Assembly: GCA_964344575.1 (NCBI GenBank)
Contig: CAYFOA010000020.1
Coordinates: forward strand, 691 to 64,690
DNA from: an uncultured Rickettsiales bacterium
GTDB taxonomy: Bacteria > Myxococcota_A > UBA796 > UBA9615
DNA: 64,000 nt
Direction: 5' to 3'
A program made the translations under genes and the position numbers. Below are positions 36,323 to 45,737 of this stretch, in pieces. The first letter of the stretch is position 1. Each line of letters begins with the position of its first letter. The notes below the pieces were generated by a model. It was not told where the DNA came from and made no database searches. It worked only from the letters and a program-made list of their open reading frames with translations.

Positions 36323-36859
36323 ATGAAGGCGTTTGCGTCGCACGGATCGGGGGAGTTTTCGATCGAGGACTTCCGCAGCCTCGGCACCGGCGTGGTCTTC
36401 GAGGCGGGGGCGCTGGTCTTCCACCCCGAGACGATCTCGCTCGGCGACAACGTCTACGTCGGCCACCACGCGATCCTGAAGGGGTACTACAAGGGCCCCG
36501 GCATGCGGATCGGGCGGGACACCTGGGTCGGGCAGCAGTGCTTCTTCCACTCCGCCGGGGGGCTGACCATCGGCGAGGCCGTGGGGATCGGGCCGGGGGT
36601 CCGGATCATCACGTCGAACCACGAGGATCCGGGGCCGGGGCGGCCGATCATGGACGGGGCCATCCGGTTCCGTCCCGTCTCCGTCGGCGACGGGACCGAC
36701 CTCGGCGTCGGCTGCGTGATCCTCCCCGGGGTGACCGTCGGCAAGGGCGTCCAGGTGGGCGCGGGCGCGGTGGTGGCGGACGACGTCCCCGATCTCGCCG
36801 TCGTCGCCGGGGTCCCCGCCCGGATCCTCCGCTACCGCGACGGCCGGGAGGCGCGCTGA
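36323..36859 (+). CDS. Hexapeptide-repeat (left-handed beta-helix) sugar acyltransferase
   Basis: ITSNH, IGEAVGIGPGV, ILPGVTVGKG..VGAGAVV, VVAGVPAR. Confidence 0.9.
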   Translation: MKAFASHGSGEFSIEDFRSLGTGVVFEAGALVFHPETISLGDNVYVGHHAILKGYYKGPGMRIGRDTWVGQQCFFHSAGGLTIGEAVGIGPGVRIITSNHEDPGPGRPIMDGAIRFRPVSVGDGTDLGVGCVILPGVTVGKGVQVGAGAVVADDVPDLAVVAGVPARILRYRDGREAR

Positions 36860-36860
36860 C

Positions 36861-37763
36861 GTGAACGACGTCGCGATCTCCGCCCGAGGCCTCCGCAAGG
36901 TCTACGTCACCGGCTTCTTCCGCAACAAGTTCGTCGGGTTGGAGACCCTCGACCTCGACGTGAAGCGGGGCGAGACCTTCGGCCTCATCGGCCCCAACGG
37001 CGCCGGCAAGACGACCACGATCAAGCTGCTGATGGGGCTGAACTTCCCGACCGCGGGGACGGCCTCGATCTTCGGCCACCCCATCGGCAGCCTGGAGGCC
37101 CGCCGCCGCGTCGGCTACCTCCCCGAGCGGCCCTACTTCTACGACTACCTGACGGCGTCGGAGTTCCTCCACTTCTACGGCCAGCTCCTGGGGCTGGACC
37201 GGGCCACCCGCGTCCGGCGGATCGGCGAGCTCCTGCCGCTCGTCCACATGGAGCGGGCGCGCGACGTCCAGCTCCGCAAGTTCAGCAAGGGGATGCTCCA
37301 GCGGGTCGGCCTCGCGCAGGCGCTGATCGGCGAGCCCGAGCTGGTGGTCCTGGACGAGCCGAGTTCCGGGCTGGACCCGATGGGGCGCCGGCTGATCCGG
37401 GAGGTCATCGAGTCGCTGAAGGCGAAGGGGACGACGGTCCTGCTGTCGTCGCACATCCTGTCCGACGTGGAGGAGGTCTGCGACCGCGTCGCGATCCTCG
37501 CCCGCGGCACGCTCCAGCAGCTCGCCCGCCCCTCGGACCTCGTCGGCGAGTCGCTGCACGGCGTGGAGGTCCAGCTCGAGGAGGACGGCGATCGGACGAC
37601 CCACCTCGCCGAGGACCAGGCCGCCGCCGACGCCCTCGTGAGGGCCGCCCTGGAGCGGGGCGCGTCGGTCGTCCGGCTCACGCCCCAGCGACAGAGCCTG
37701 GAGCAGCTCTTCGTCGACGAGATGACCGCGGTCGACCGGCAGACGCGGGAGAAGCCGACGTGA
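36861..37763 (+). CDS. pilH: ABC transporter ATP-binding protein (PilH-like)
   Basis: GPNGAGKT, GYLPERPYFYDYLT, FSKGMLQR, LDEP. Followed by a PilI-like permease and pilD as in deltaproteobacterial pil loci; symbol rests on this context. Confidence 0.7.
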   Translation: MNDVAISARGLRKVYVTGFFRNKFVGLETLDLDVKRGETFGLIGPNGAGKTTTIKLLMGLNFPTAGTASIFGHPIGSLEARRRVGYLPERPYFYDYLTASEFLHFYGQLLGLDRATRVRRIGELLPLVHMERARDVQLRKFSKGMLQRVGLAQALIGEPELVVLDEPSSGLDPMGRRLIREVIESLKAKGTTVLLSSHILSDVEEVCDRVAILARGTLQQLARPSDLVGESLHGVEVQLEEDGDRTTHLAEDQAAADALVRAALERGASVVRLTPQRQSLEQLFVDEMTAVDRQTREKPT

Positions 37764-38524
37764 AGGTCTGGGCCATCGCGCTGAACACCTTCCGGGAGGC
37801 CGTGCGGGACAAGATCCTGTACACGCTGCTCTTCTTCGCCTTGCTCATGATCGGCGCGTCGGTGCTCGTCGCGGAGCTCGCCGTGGGCGAGTACGAGAAG
37901 ATCCTCCGCGACCTCGGCCTCACTGCGATCAACGCGTTCGGGATGCTGATCGCCGTCTTCGTCGGGATCGGGCTGGTCTACAAGGAGATCGAGCGGAAGA
38001 CCATCTACACGATCGCGAGCAAGCCGATCGCGCGGTGGCAGTTCGTCGCGGGCAAGTACCTCGGGCTGGCGGGGACGCTGGCCCTGGAGGTGTTCGCGAT
38101 GGGGGTCGGCTTCGCGCTGATGCTGATGCTGACGGGGAGCAGCGGCGCGATCGAGTCGATCCCGGCGATCTGGCTGACGTGGGTGGAGCTGCTGGTGGTG
38201 ACGGCGATCGCGATCGTCTTCAGCTGCTTCAGCACGCCCACGCTGTCGGCGCTCTTCACGATCGGGCTGTGCGTCATCGGGCGGCTGACGGCGCCCCTGA
38301 AGGAGTTCGCGGAGCAGGGCGACAACGAGGCGTTCCAGCAGTTCGCCGCGGTGGTCTACCGGATCCTCCCCGACCTCCAGACGTTCAACCTCCGCGCCGA
38401 GGCGGCCTACGGCCGGGCCTGGGAGTGGGAGTACGTGGCCTACGCGACGGGCTACGGGGCGCTCTGGGCGGGGCTCCTGCTGGTCGTCGCCGCGGCCGTC
38501 TTCCAGCGCCGGGACTTCAAGTAG
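37760..38524 (+). CDS. pilI: ABC transporter permease (PilI-like)
   Basis: AIALNTFREAVRDK, KEIERKTIYTIASKP..R..F..GKYLG; about 6 TM; symbol rests on context. Confidence 0.7.
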   Translation: MKVWAIALNTFREAVRDKILYTLLFFALLMIGASVLVAELAVGEYEKILRDLGLTAINAFGMLIAVFVGIGLVYKEIERKTIYTIASKPIARWQFVAGKYLGLAGTLALEVFAMGVGFALMLMLTGSSGAIESIPAIWLTWVELLVVTAIAIVFSCFSTPTLSALFTIGLCVIGRLTAPLKEFAEQGDNEAFQQFAAVVYRILPDLQTFNLRAEAAYGRAWEWEYVAYATGYGALWAGLLLVVAAAVFQRRDFK

Positions 38525-39172
38525 GTGGCGGGCGGCGGGCGGCGGATCGCGATCCTGGCGGCGGCCTGCCTGCTCGTGGTGGTGGTCCGGCTGTCGTGGC
38601 AGGGGACGTCCGAGTTCCGGGCCGGGGAGCGGTTCGCCGAGGCCGGGGACGTGCACGAGGCCTGCGTCCGGTACGGGCGGGCGATCCACCTCTACCTGCC
38701 GCTGAGCCCGCTGCCCGGCAAGGCGGGCGGGCGGATCCTGGGGCTCGCCGACGGCGTCGCGGAGACGGAGCCGCGGCTGGCCCGCTTCTGCCTCGAGGAG
38801 CTGCGCGGCGGGCTGCTCGCGATCCGCTCGACGTGGCAGCCGCGCGCCGACCTCGTCGCCGAGGCGGAGGAGCGGCTCGTCCCCCTGATGATCGACGACC
38901 CGCGGGGGGCCTGGCCCGACCCGCAGCTGCCGGCGGCGGAGCGCGAGGCGATCGCGGCGGCGGCGCTGGCGGAGCGGGAAGACCCGGCGCTGCTCTGGGT
39001 CCTCGTGATGGGGGTGGGGTGGGTGCTCTGGATCGGCGGGGCGGCGCTGGCGATCGTGCGGGGGGTGCCGAGCTCCGCGCAGGCGCCGGTCGACTGGGGG
39101 GTGGTGCTGCGGTTCGGCGGCGCCGCCGTCGTCGGCTACGGGCTGTGGCTGGCGGGCGTGGCGTTCGCGTGA
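38525..39172 (+). CDS. Hypothetical membrane protein with helical (TPR-like) middle
   Basis: GTG directly after the permease stop; N-terminal TM and two C-terminal TM segments. Confidence 0.65.
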   Translation: MAGGGRRIAILAAACLLVVVVRLSWQGTSEFRAGERFAEAGDVHEACVRYGRAIHLYLPLSPLPGKAGGRILGLADGVAETEPRLARFCLEELRGGLLAIRSTWQPRADLVAEAEERLVPLMIDDPRGAWPDPQLPAAEREAIAAAALAEREDPALLWVLVMGVGWVLWIGGAALAIVRGVPSSAQAPVDWGVVLRFGGAAVVGYGLWLAGVAFA

Positions 39173-39187
39173 GGAGACGAGGCTGAG

Positions 39188-40303
39188 ATGGCGGTTCCGT
39201 TGCTGGACTTGAAGGGGCAGTACGCCTCGCTGAAGGACGAGATCGACGCGGCGATCGCGGGGGTGGCGGAGTCGCAGTACTTCATCAACGGACCCGAGGT
39301 GAAGGCGTTCCAGGAGGAGGCGCGCGCGTTCCTCGGGGCGAGCCACGCGATCGGCTGCGCGAGCGGCTCCGACGCGCTGCTGCTGGCCCTGTGGGGGCTC
39401 GGCGTCGGCCCCGGCGACGAGGTGATCACGACGCCGTTCACCTTCTTCGCCACCGCCGGGGCGGTCTCGCGGCTCGGCGCGACGCCGGTGTTCGTCGACA
39501 TCGAGCCGGGGACGTTCAACATCGACCCCGCCGCGATCGAGGCGGCGGTCACCGACAAGACCGTCGGGATCATCCCGGTCCACCTCTTCGGCGTCTCCGC
39601 GGACATGACGGCGATCGGCGCGCTCGCGCAGCGGTACGGGCTGTTCGTGGTGGAGGACGCGGCCCAGTCCATCGGCGCGACCTGGCGGGGGGCGCAGACG
39701 GGGACGCTGGGGGACGCCGGCTGCTTCAGCTTCTTCCCGTCCAAGAACCTGGGCGCGTGGGGCGACGGGGGGATGGTGACGACGATGCGGGACGACCTCG
39801 CGACGACGGTCGGCCGGCTGGCGAAGCACGGCAACTTCCCGCGGAAGTACATGCACGCGATCGTGGGCTGCAACTCGCGGCTGGACGCGCTCCAGGCCGC
39901 GATCCTGCGCGTGAAGCTGCGCCACCTCGCGGACTGGTGCGAGGCGCGGCGGGAGCGGGTGGGACGCTACCGGGCGCTGGTCGCGGAGGCCGGGCTGGGG
40001 GACCGCGTCACCTTCCAGGAGGTCCCCGACGAGGCGGTCGCGGTGTTCCACCAGTGCGTGGTCCGCGTGCCCAACCGGGACGACGTCGCCGCCCTCTTCA
40101 AGGAGCGCGGCGTCGGCCACGCGATCTACTACCCGCTGTGCCTGCACCTGCAGGAGTGCTACGCCGGCCTGGAGTACGCGCCGGGGTCGATCCCGCACGC
40201 CGAGCGGGCGACCGAGGAGGTGCTGGCGCTGCCTATCTACCCGGAGCTGACGGAGGCCCAGCAGGCCGAGGTCGTCGGCACGCTGGCGGCGGCGCTTGCC
40301 TGA
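39188..40303 (+). CDS. DegT/DnrJ/EryC1/StrS sugar aminotransferase (second copy)
   Basis: VPLLDLKGQY, ASGSDAL, VEDAAQ, FSFFPSKNLGAWGDGG, NSRLDALQA. Confidence 0.95.
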   Translation: MAVPLLDLKGQYASLKDEIDAAIAGVAESQYFINGPEVKAFQEEARAFLGASHAIGCASGSDALLLALWGLGVGPGDEVITTPFTFFATAGAVSRLGATPVFVDIEPGTFNIDPAAIEAAVTDKTVGIIPVHLFGVSADMTAIGALAQRYGLFVVEDAAQSIGATWRGAQTGTLGDAGCFSFFPSKNLGAWGDGGMVTTMRDDLATTVGRLAKHGNFPRKYMHAIVGCNSRLDALQAAILRVKLRHLADWCEARRERVGRYRALVAEAGLGDRVTFQEVPDEAVAVFHQCVVRVPNRDDVAALFKERGVGHAIYYPLCLHLQECYAGLEYAPGSIPHAERATEEVLALPIYPELTEAQQAEVVGTLAAALA

Positions 40304-41141
40304 CGCGTACGTCCCGACGCCCCGGGAGTGGTGGACGCTGCTGGCAGCCGCGGTCTTCGTCGGCGCCTGCGTGGGCAGCTTCCTCAACGTCGTCGCGGCG
40401 CGGCTGCCGGAGGGGCGGAGCGTGTCCCACCCGCCGTCGGCGTGCCCCCACTGCCGCCACCCGATCCGGCCGTGGGACAACGTCCCGGTGCTGGCGTGGC
40501 TCTGGCTGCGGGCGAGGTGCCGGGACTGCGGGGAGCCGATCTCGGCCCGCTACCCCCTGGTGGAGGCCGGCTGCGCGGCCCTGTGGGGGCTCGTGTTCGT
40601 GGTGCAGGTCCCCGATCCGGCGGCGCTCGCGGACCCCGCCGCGGCGCTGCTCCCGCTGGTCGCGTGGGAGGTGTTCTTCTCGGCGCTGCTGGCGATGTCG
40701 CTGGTGGACGCGGACCACTTCATCATCCCCGACGAGATCTCCCTCCCCCTGATCCCTCTGGGCATCGCCGCGGTGGCGATGCTGGACGCGGCGGGGCTGG
40801 GGGAGGTCGGATTCGTGCAGTCGGTGTTCGGCGCGATCGCCGGGGCGGGCGTGATGCTGGCGATCCGCTGGCTGGGCGGCGTGATGTTCCGGCGCGAGGC
40901 GATGGGGATGGGGGACGTCAAGCTGATCGCGGGGATCGGCGCGTGGATGGGGCTCCACCCCGCGATCTTCCTGACGATCTTCGGGGGCTCGGTGATCGGC
41001 GCGGTGGTCGGGATCACGGTCTCGATCGTCCGCCGCGGCAAGCCCCCGATGCTCCCGTTCGGCCCCTACCTGTGCGCCGGCGCGCTGCTCGCGTTCGTGG
41101 CCGGGGACCGCATCATGGCGGCGCTGCTGCCGGCGGTCTGA
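40296..41141 (+). CDS. pilD: Prepilin peptidase / N-methyltransferase
   Basis: GSFLNVV..RLP, CPHC...C..C zinc motif, SLVDADH, MGMGDVKL, PFGPYL. Confidence 0.95.
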   Translation: MPDAYVPTPREWWTLLAAAVFVGACVGSFLNVVAARLPEGRSVSHPPSACPHCRHPIRPWDNVPVLAWLWLRARCRDCGEPISARYPLVEAGCAALWGLVFVVQVPDPAALADPAAALLPLVAWEVFFSALLAMSLVDADHFIIPDEISLPLIPLGIAAVAMLDAAGLGEVGFVQSVFGAIAGAGVMLAIRWLGGVMFRREAMGMGDVKLIAGIGAWMGLHPAIFLTIFGGSVIGAVVGITVSIVRRGKPPMLPFGPYLCAGALLAFVAGDRIMAALLPAV

Positions 41142-41151
41142 GGGTGCCCGG

Positions 41152-42093
41152 CTAGGGGCAGTCCACCGTGAAGGTCGCCGCGAAGCTCACCGCGTTGGCG
41201 AAGTCCGACGGCCCGGTGTTGTAGAGGAACGTGCTCCCCGCGCCGTAGTCGCCGGCGAGGCCGGTGGGGGAGCTGGGGTCCGCGTCCCCGTTCTCCTCGG
41301 GGTTGAAGTACGTGATCATCGTCGGCTGGTACTGGCTCGAGCTCCCCTCGCCGTAGAACAGGGGCGCGTCGGCGAGACCCTCGGCGGCGCTGCCCGCGAT
41401 CGTCGAGTCCCAGAAGATGATCCCCGCGTAGACCAGCCCGAACTCGTCGTACTGGGTGGTCAGCTCCGGCTGGTTGAGGCCGCCGTTCTGGGCGTAGTCG
41501 GTCCCCGCCCCCCCGTGGTCGCCCGCCGAGACGAAGACGCCCTGCGCGAAGTCCCCGTTCCCGTCCGGCGGCGGGGTGATGAAGTTCTCGCCGAAGTCGA
41601 ACCCCTCGGCGACCAGCTCGGCGGGGTCGCAGTGGTCCGGGTCGGCCGCCGGGTCGGTGACGTCGTCCCACGACGCCGAGCCGATCTCGAACGACGCCGA
41701 ACAGAGCGGACAGTCGCTGACGACCCCCGATCCCTGGAAGAGCAGCCCCGAGCCGCTGATCTGCTGCTCGCAGTTCAGCTGGCCGTTGTCGATGTCGATC
41801 CAGTACCGCATCGAGTACAGGATCTCGAGATCGCAGGTGATCGCCTCGCTGACGTCGTCGTCATCATCGGAGAAGTCGTCGTCGTCGGAGAAGTCGTCGT
41901 CGTCGGACAGGTCGTCGTCGTCGGAGAAGTCGTCGTCGTCCGCCGCGTCGTCGTCGTCGTCGCCGCCGGCGTCGTCGTCGTCGGTCGAGTCGTCGTCGTC
42001 GTCGCCGCGGCTGCTCCCCCGCAGGGGCGGACAGCCCACGATCAGGACGGCGCCGGCGATGGCGAGGAGGGCGTGAAGGACGGGCTTGGGCAT
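41152..42093 (-). CDS. Lipoprotein with Asp-rich tandem repeat linker and Cys-containing C-terminal domain
   Basis: Lipobox LIVGC; GDDDDDSTDDDDAGG...(FSDDDD)n; CxxC (CPLC). Confidence 0.78.
   Translation of the reverse strand: MPKPVLHALLAIAGAVLIVGCPPLRGSSRGDDDDDSTDDDDAGGDDDDDAADDDDFSDDDDLSDDDDFSDDDDFSDDDDDVSEAITCDLEILYSMRYWIDIDNGQLNCEQQISGSGLLFQGSGVVSDCPLCSASFEIGSASWDDVTDPAADPDHCDPAELVAEGFDFGENFITPPPDGNGDFAQGVFVSAGDHGGAGTDYAQNGGLNQPELTTQYDEFGLVYAGIIFWDSTIAGSAAEGLADAPLFYGEGSSSQYQPTMITYFNPEENGDADPSSPTGLAGDYGAGSTFLYNTGPSDFANAVSFAATFTVDCP
41852..42006 (-). repeat. Coding microsatellite/minisatellite: 18-nt unit encoding (F/L)SDDDD x4 plus (GAC)n runs
   Basis: ggagaagtcgtcgtcgtc-type unit repeated at 41869-41940 on the plus strand. 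Confidence 0.85.
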
Positions 42094-42135
42094 GAGGCCT
42101 CCAGGGCGTCGATCATCGCGCCGGAGGCGGCGCGG

Positions 42136-42984
42136 TCAAGGGGCGGGATCCGGCCCGAGGAACGCCGCCAGCGTCCTCCAGTACGTCTCGCCGCCGCGGT
42201 ACCAGGTGTCGTTGTGCGTCCCCCCGGGGACGACGAGGAGGTCCGCGACGCCGCCCGCCGCGGCGTGGAGGCGGCGGCCCATCGACAGCGGGATCAGCTC
42301 GTCCCGATCGCCGTGCACCACGAGCACGGGGGCCTCGATCCCCGCCATCCGGACCTCGCTGTCGAAGGTGTACGCGACCAGCCGCCGGGCCAGGGGGAGG
42401 TTCGTCGCCGCCGCCATCTCGGCCAGGCTCGTGAACGTCGACTCCACGATCAGCCCGTCCACGGGGACGTCCGACGCCGCCCGGATCGCCACCGCCCCGC
42501 CCAGGCTCCGGCCGTGGGCGACCACCCGCTCCCCCCGCGGCTCCGCCCGCCGCCGCAGCTCCGCCAGCGCCGCCCGCGCGTCCGCCGCCAGCCCCTCCTC
42601 CGACGGCCGCCCCTCGCTGTCGCCGTAGCCGCGGTACTCCGCCGTCAGCACGCTCACGCCGAGGTCGTGGAGCAGCCGCGTGTGCTCCAGGCGATCCGCC
42701 ATCGTGCCCGCGTTGCCGTGCCACGAGACCACCGCGGCTTCTCGCGGCGCCGGCCCCCCGTACGGCACCCACCACGCCTGCGTCCGCGTCCCGTCGTCCG
42801 CCGTCAGCCACACGTCCTCGTAGGCGAGGCCGACCGCGGCCGGCGTCCGGTCCTGCCCCCGCGCCGGGTAGAACAGCATCGAGTTCGTCAGCTCGCGGAG
42901 CAGGGTGGGCAGCATGGCGAGCACCAAGATGGCACCCGCGGCCGCGAGCGCAACCGCCGCGCGGCGCCGCCGGGGGCCGGTCAC
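42136..42984 (-). CDS. Alpha/beta hydrolase (BEM46/ABHD13-like) with N-terminal anchor
   Basis: MLFYP, WHGNAG, EYRGYGDSEG.PSE.GL..D, HGRSLGG, HGDRD, HND; GTGA overlap with the rluA stop. Confidence 0.88.
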   Translation of the reverse strand: MTGPRRRRAAVALAAAGAILVLAMLPTLLRELTNSMLFYPARGQDRTPAAVGLAYEDVWLTADDGTRTQAWWVPYGGPAPREAAVVSWHGNAGTMADRLEHTRLLHDLGVSVLTAEYRGYGDSEGRPSEEGLAADARAALAELRRRAEPRGERVVAHGRSLGGAVAIRAASDVPVDGLIVESTFTSLAEMAAATNLPLARRLVAYTFDSEVRMAGIEAPVLVVHGDRDELIPLSMGRRLHAAAGGVADLLVVPGGTHNDTWYRGGETYWRTLAAFLGPDPAP

Positions 42985-43595
42985 CAGCCCTCCGGCTCGG
43001 GCAGCTCGAACGCCAGCCGCTCCCCCGTGACGGGGTGGTCCAGCTCCAGCGCGTAGGCCTGCAGCCGGAGGCCGCCGCGCTCGCCGAACCCGTACACCAC
43101 GTCCCCGACCACGGGCATCCCCTCGGCCGCCGCCTGGAGCCGGATCTGGTGCGTCCGGCCGGTCTCCAGCCGAACCTCCAACAGCGCCCGCGCCCCCCGC
43201 TGCGCCAGCTTCCGCCAGCGGCTCACCATCGGCTTCCCGGGGCCGTCCGGGAGCGCCACCCGCTCCTTCCCCCGGCGCCCCTCGACGTGCCGCCACTCCC
43301 CCTCGTCCGCGGCCGGCTCGCCGTGGACGAGCACCCGGTACTTCCGGACCGCGAGCCGCTCGCGGAACGCCTTCGCGAGCCCCCGGTTGGCGTGCTCGTG
43401 CAGCCCCACCACGAGCAGCCCCCGGGCGGCCGCGTCGAGTCGGTGGTGGAAGGCCACGTAGGTCACGCCGTCCAGCGCCCGGAGCCACGGCTCGAGCGTC
43501 CCCTCGGCCCCCCGCCGGGTCGACTGGACGGGCATCCCCGGCGGCTTGTGGACCACCGCGAGCCACCGGTCCCGGTACAGCACCTCGGGGGTCAC
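42981..43595 (-). CDS. RluA-family RNA pseudouridine synthase
   Basis: VHKPPG, HRLD catalytic motif, LETGRTHQIR, VVGD.VYG. Confidence 0.9.
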   Translation of the reverse strand: MTPEVLYRDRWLAVVHKPPGMPVQSTRRGAEGTLEPWLRALDGVTYVAFHHRLDAAARGLLVVGLHEHANRGLAKAFRERLAVRKYRVLVHGEPAADEGEWRHVEGRRGKERVALPDGPGKPMVSRWRKLAQRGARALLEVRLETGRTHQIRLQAAAEGMPVVGDVVYGFGERGGLRLQAYALELDHPVTGERLAFELPEPEGW

Positions 43596-43622
43596 GGGAC
43601 CGTCCCGCTACAATGGAGGCCG

Positions 43623-44723
43623 ATGCACATCCACGAGCTCCTCATGTACGCCGTCAAGCAGGGCGCCTCGGACCTCCACATCGCGGCGGGCGAGGTCCCC
43701 GCGCTGCGGCTGCACGGCGAGATCCACCGCATCCAGGCGCCCCCCATCGGTCCCGACGACTGCAAGCGCTTGCTCTTCTCCATCATGAACGAGCGGCAGA
43801 AGTCCCACTTCGAGGAGACCCTGGAGGCCGACTTCTCGGTCGGCCTGGAGGGCGTCGCCCGCTTCCGCGTCAACGTCTTCTACCAGGGCCGCGGCATCGC
43901 CGCCGTGTTCCGGACCATCCCCGACAACGTCATCCCCCTGGAGAAGCTCAACCTCCCCCAGGCGGTCCGCGACATCGCCGACTACAAGCGCGGCCTCGTC
44001 CTCGTGACGGGCCCCACGGGGTCGGGCAAGTCGACGACCCTGGCGGCCATCCTCAACCACATCAACAAGACGCGGCGGGAGCACATCCTCACCATCGAGG
44101 ACCCCGTCGAGTTCGTCCACCACCCCGACAAGTGCATCATCAACCAGCGCGAGCTGGGGGCGCAGACGAAGTCCTTCAACAACGCGCTGCGCGCCGCGCT
44201 CCGCGAGGACCCCGACGTCATCCTCATCGGCGAGATGCGCGACCTGGAGACGATCCAGCTGGCGCTGACCGCCGCGGAGACCGGCCACCTGGTCTTCGGC
44301 ACGCTCCACACCAAGGGGGCGAAGGACACGATCGACCGGATCATCGACGTCTTCCCCAGCGAGCAGCAGGCCCAGGTCCGGACGATGCTGTCGGGCTCGC
44401 TCCAGGCGGTCGTCTCGCAGACGCTGCTGAAGAAGGCGCGGGGCAAGGGGCGGGTCTGCGCCTGCGAGATCATGCTGGTGACGTACGGCATCCGGAACCT
44501 CATCCGCGAGAACAAGGTGTTCCAGATCCCGTCGCTCATGCAGGCGAGCCGGGGCGCCGGCATGCGGACGCTCGGGGACCACCTCCTCGAGCTGGCGCAG
44601 AAGGGCGACATCACCCGCGAGGCGGCCATCGACGCGTCGGGCGATCCGGACCTCTTCAGCGGCGCCCCCGAGGAGCCGACCTCGCGCTCCACCACCGGCG
44701 CCCGCCGCCCCGTCCGGCGGTGA
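43623..44723 (+). CDS. pilT: Type IV pilus retraction ATPase
   Basis: GASDLH, RFRVNVF, GPTGSGKST, EDPVE, LREDPD, AETGHLVFGTLH, GIRNLIRE. Confidence 0.95.
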   Translation: MHIHELLMYAVKQGASDLHIAAGEVPALRLHGEIHRIQAPPIGPDDCKRLLFSIMNERQKSHFEETLEADFSVGLEGVARFRVNVFYQGRGIAAVFRTIPDNVIPLEKLNLPQAVRDIADYKRGLVLVTGPTGSGKSTTLAAILNHINKTRREHILTIEDPVEFVHHPDKCIINQRELGAQTKSFNNALRAALREDPDVILIGEMRDLETIQLALTAAETGHLVFGTLHTKGAKDTIDRIIDVFPSEQQAQVRTMLSGSLQAVVSQTLLKKARGKGRVCACEIMLVTYGIRNLIRENKVFQIPSLMQASRGAGMRTLGDHLLELAQKGDITREAAIDASGDPDLFSGAPEEPTSRSTTGARRPVRR

Positions 44724-44926
44724 CGCTGACCCTGAACGGGGAGCCCGTCGAGGTCCCCGACGAGCTCGACGTCGTCGCCCTCCTGCGCCACCTCGGCCGC
44801 GACCCCGACACCGAGTCGATCGCCGTCGCCGTCAACCTCGACGTCGTCCCCAAGGCCGAGCACGCGACGCGGACGCTGACCGAGGGGGATCGGGTGGACA
44901 TTGTGACCGCCGTCGGAGGGGGGTAG
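44720..44926 (+). CDS. thiS: Sulfur carrier protein
   Basis: GTGA overlap with pilT; LNGE...AVAVN..VV...[14 protein letters not shown]. Confidence 0.93.
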   Translation: MTLTLNGEPVEVPDELDVVALLRHLGRDPDTESIAVAVNLDVVPKAEHATRTLTEGDRVDIVTAVGGG

Positions 44927-44957
44927 GGTTCCGCTCCCTTCGGACCGCGGAGCCCCC

Positions 44958-45734
44958 ATGTCCTTCTCCATCGGCGACCACCACTTCACCTCCCGCCTCA
45001 TCGTCGGGACCGGCAAGTACCCCACCTTCGACGTCATGAAGGCCGCGCTGGACGCGTCCGGCGCCGAGCTGATCACGGTCGCGCTGCGCCGGATCAACCT
45101 CGACGCGCCCCCCGGCGAGGGCCTCCTCGACCACATCGACACCGCCCGCTACCGGCTGCTCCCCAACACCGCCGGCTGCTTCACCGCGGAGGACGCGATC
45201 CTGACGGCGCGGCTCGCCCGCGAGGCGCTGGGGACCGACCTGATCAAGCTCGAGGTCATCGGCGACCCGAAGACGCTGTTCCCCGACAACGAGGCGACGC
45301 TGGCCGCCGCGAAGACGCTGATCGACGACGGCTTCACGGTCATGCCGTACTGCATCGACGACCCCATCGTGTGCCGCAAGCTGGTCGAGCTCGGCTGCCC
45401 CGTCGTCATGCCCCTCGCCGCGCCGATCGGGTCCGGGATGGGCATCCGCAACAGCACCAACCTCCGCATCATCCTCGAGACCGTCGACGTCCCCGTCATC
45501 GTGGACGCGGGCGTGGGGACGGCGTCGGACGCGGCCGTCGCGATGGAGCTGGGCGTGACCGCGGTGCTGATGAACACCGCCATCGCCAAGGCGGACGACC
45601 CCGTCAAGATGGCCCGGGCCATGCGCCAGGCGACCGAGGCGGGGCGGCTCGCGTACGAGGCGGGGCGGATCCCGCGGAAGCTGTACGCGACCGCGTCGTC
45701 GCCCGAGCAGGGGATCGTCTTCGCGGGCGAGTAG
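44958..45734 (+). CDS. thiG: Thiazole synthase
   Basis: [42 protein letters not shown]. Confidence 0.97.
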   Translation: MSFSIGDHHFTSRLIVGTGKYPTFDVMKAALDASGAELITVALRRINLDAPPGEGLLDHIDTARYRLLPNTAGCFTAEDAILTARLAREALGTDLIKLEVIGDPKTLFPDNEATLAAAKTLIDDGFTVMPYCIDDPIVCRKLVELGCPVVMPLAAPIGSGMGIRNSTNLRIILETVDVPVIVDAGVGTASDAAVAMELGVTAVLMNTAIAKADDPVKMARAMRQATEAGRLAYEAGRIPRKLYATASSPEQGIVFAGE

Positions 45735-45737
45735 CGC

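Noticed and set aside
44927-44957. TPP riboswitch for the thi genes
   Set aside because: Gap is 31 bp and lacks the conserved CUGAGA-type core; thiS itself overlaps pilT.
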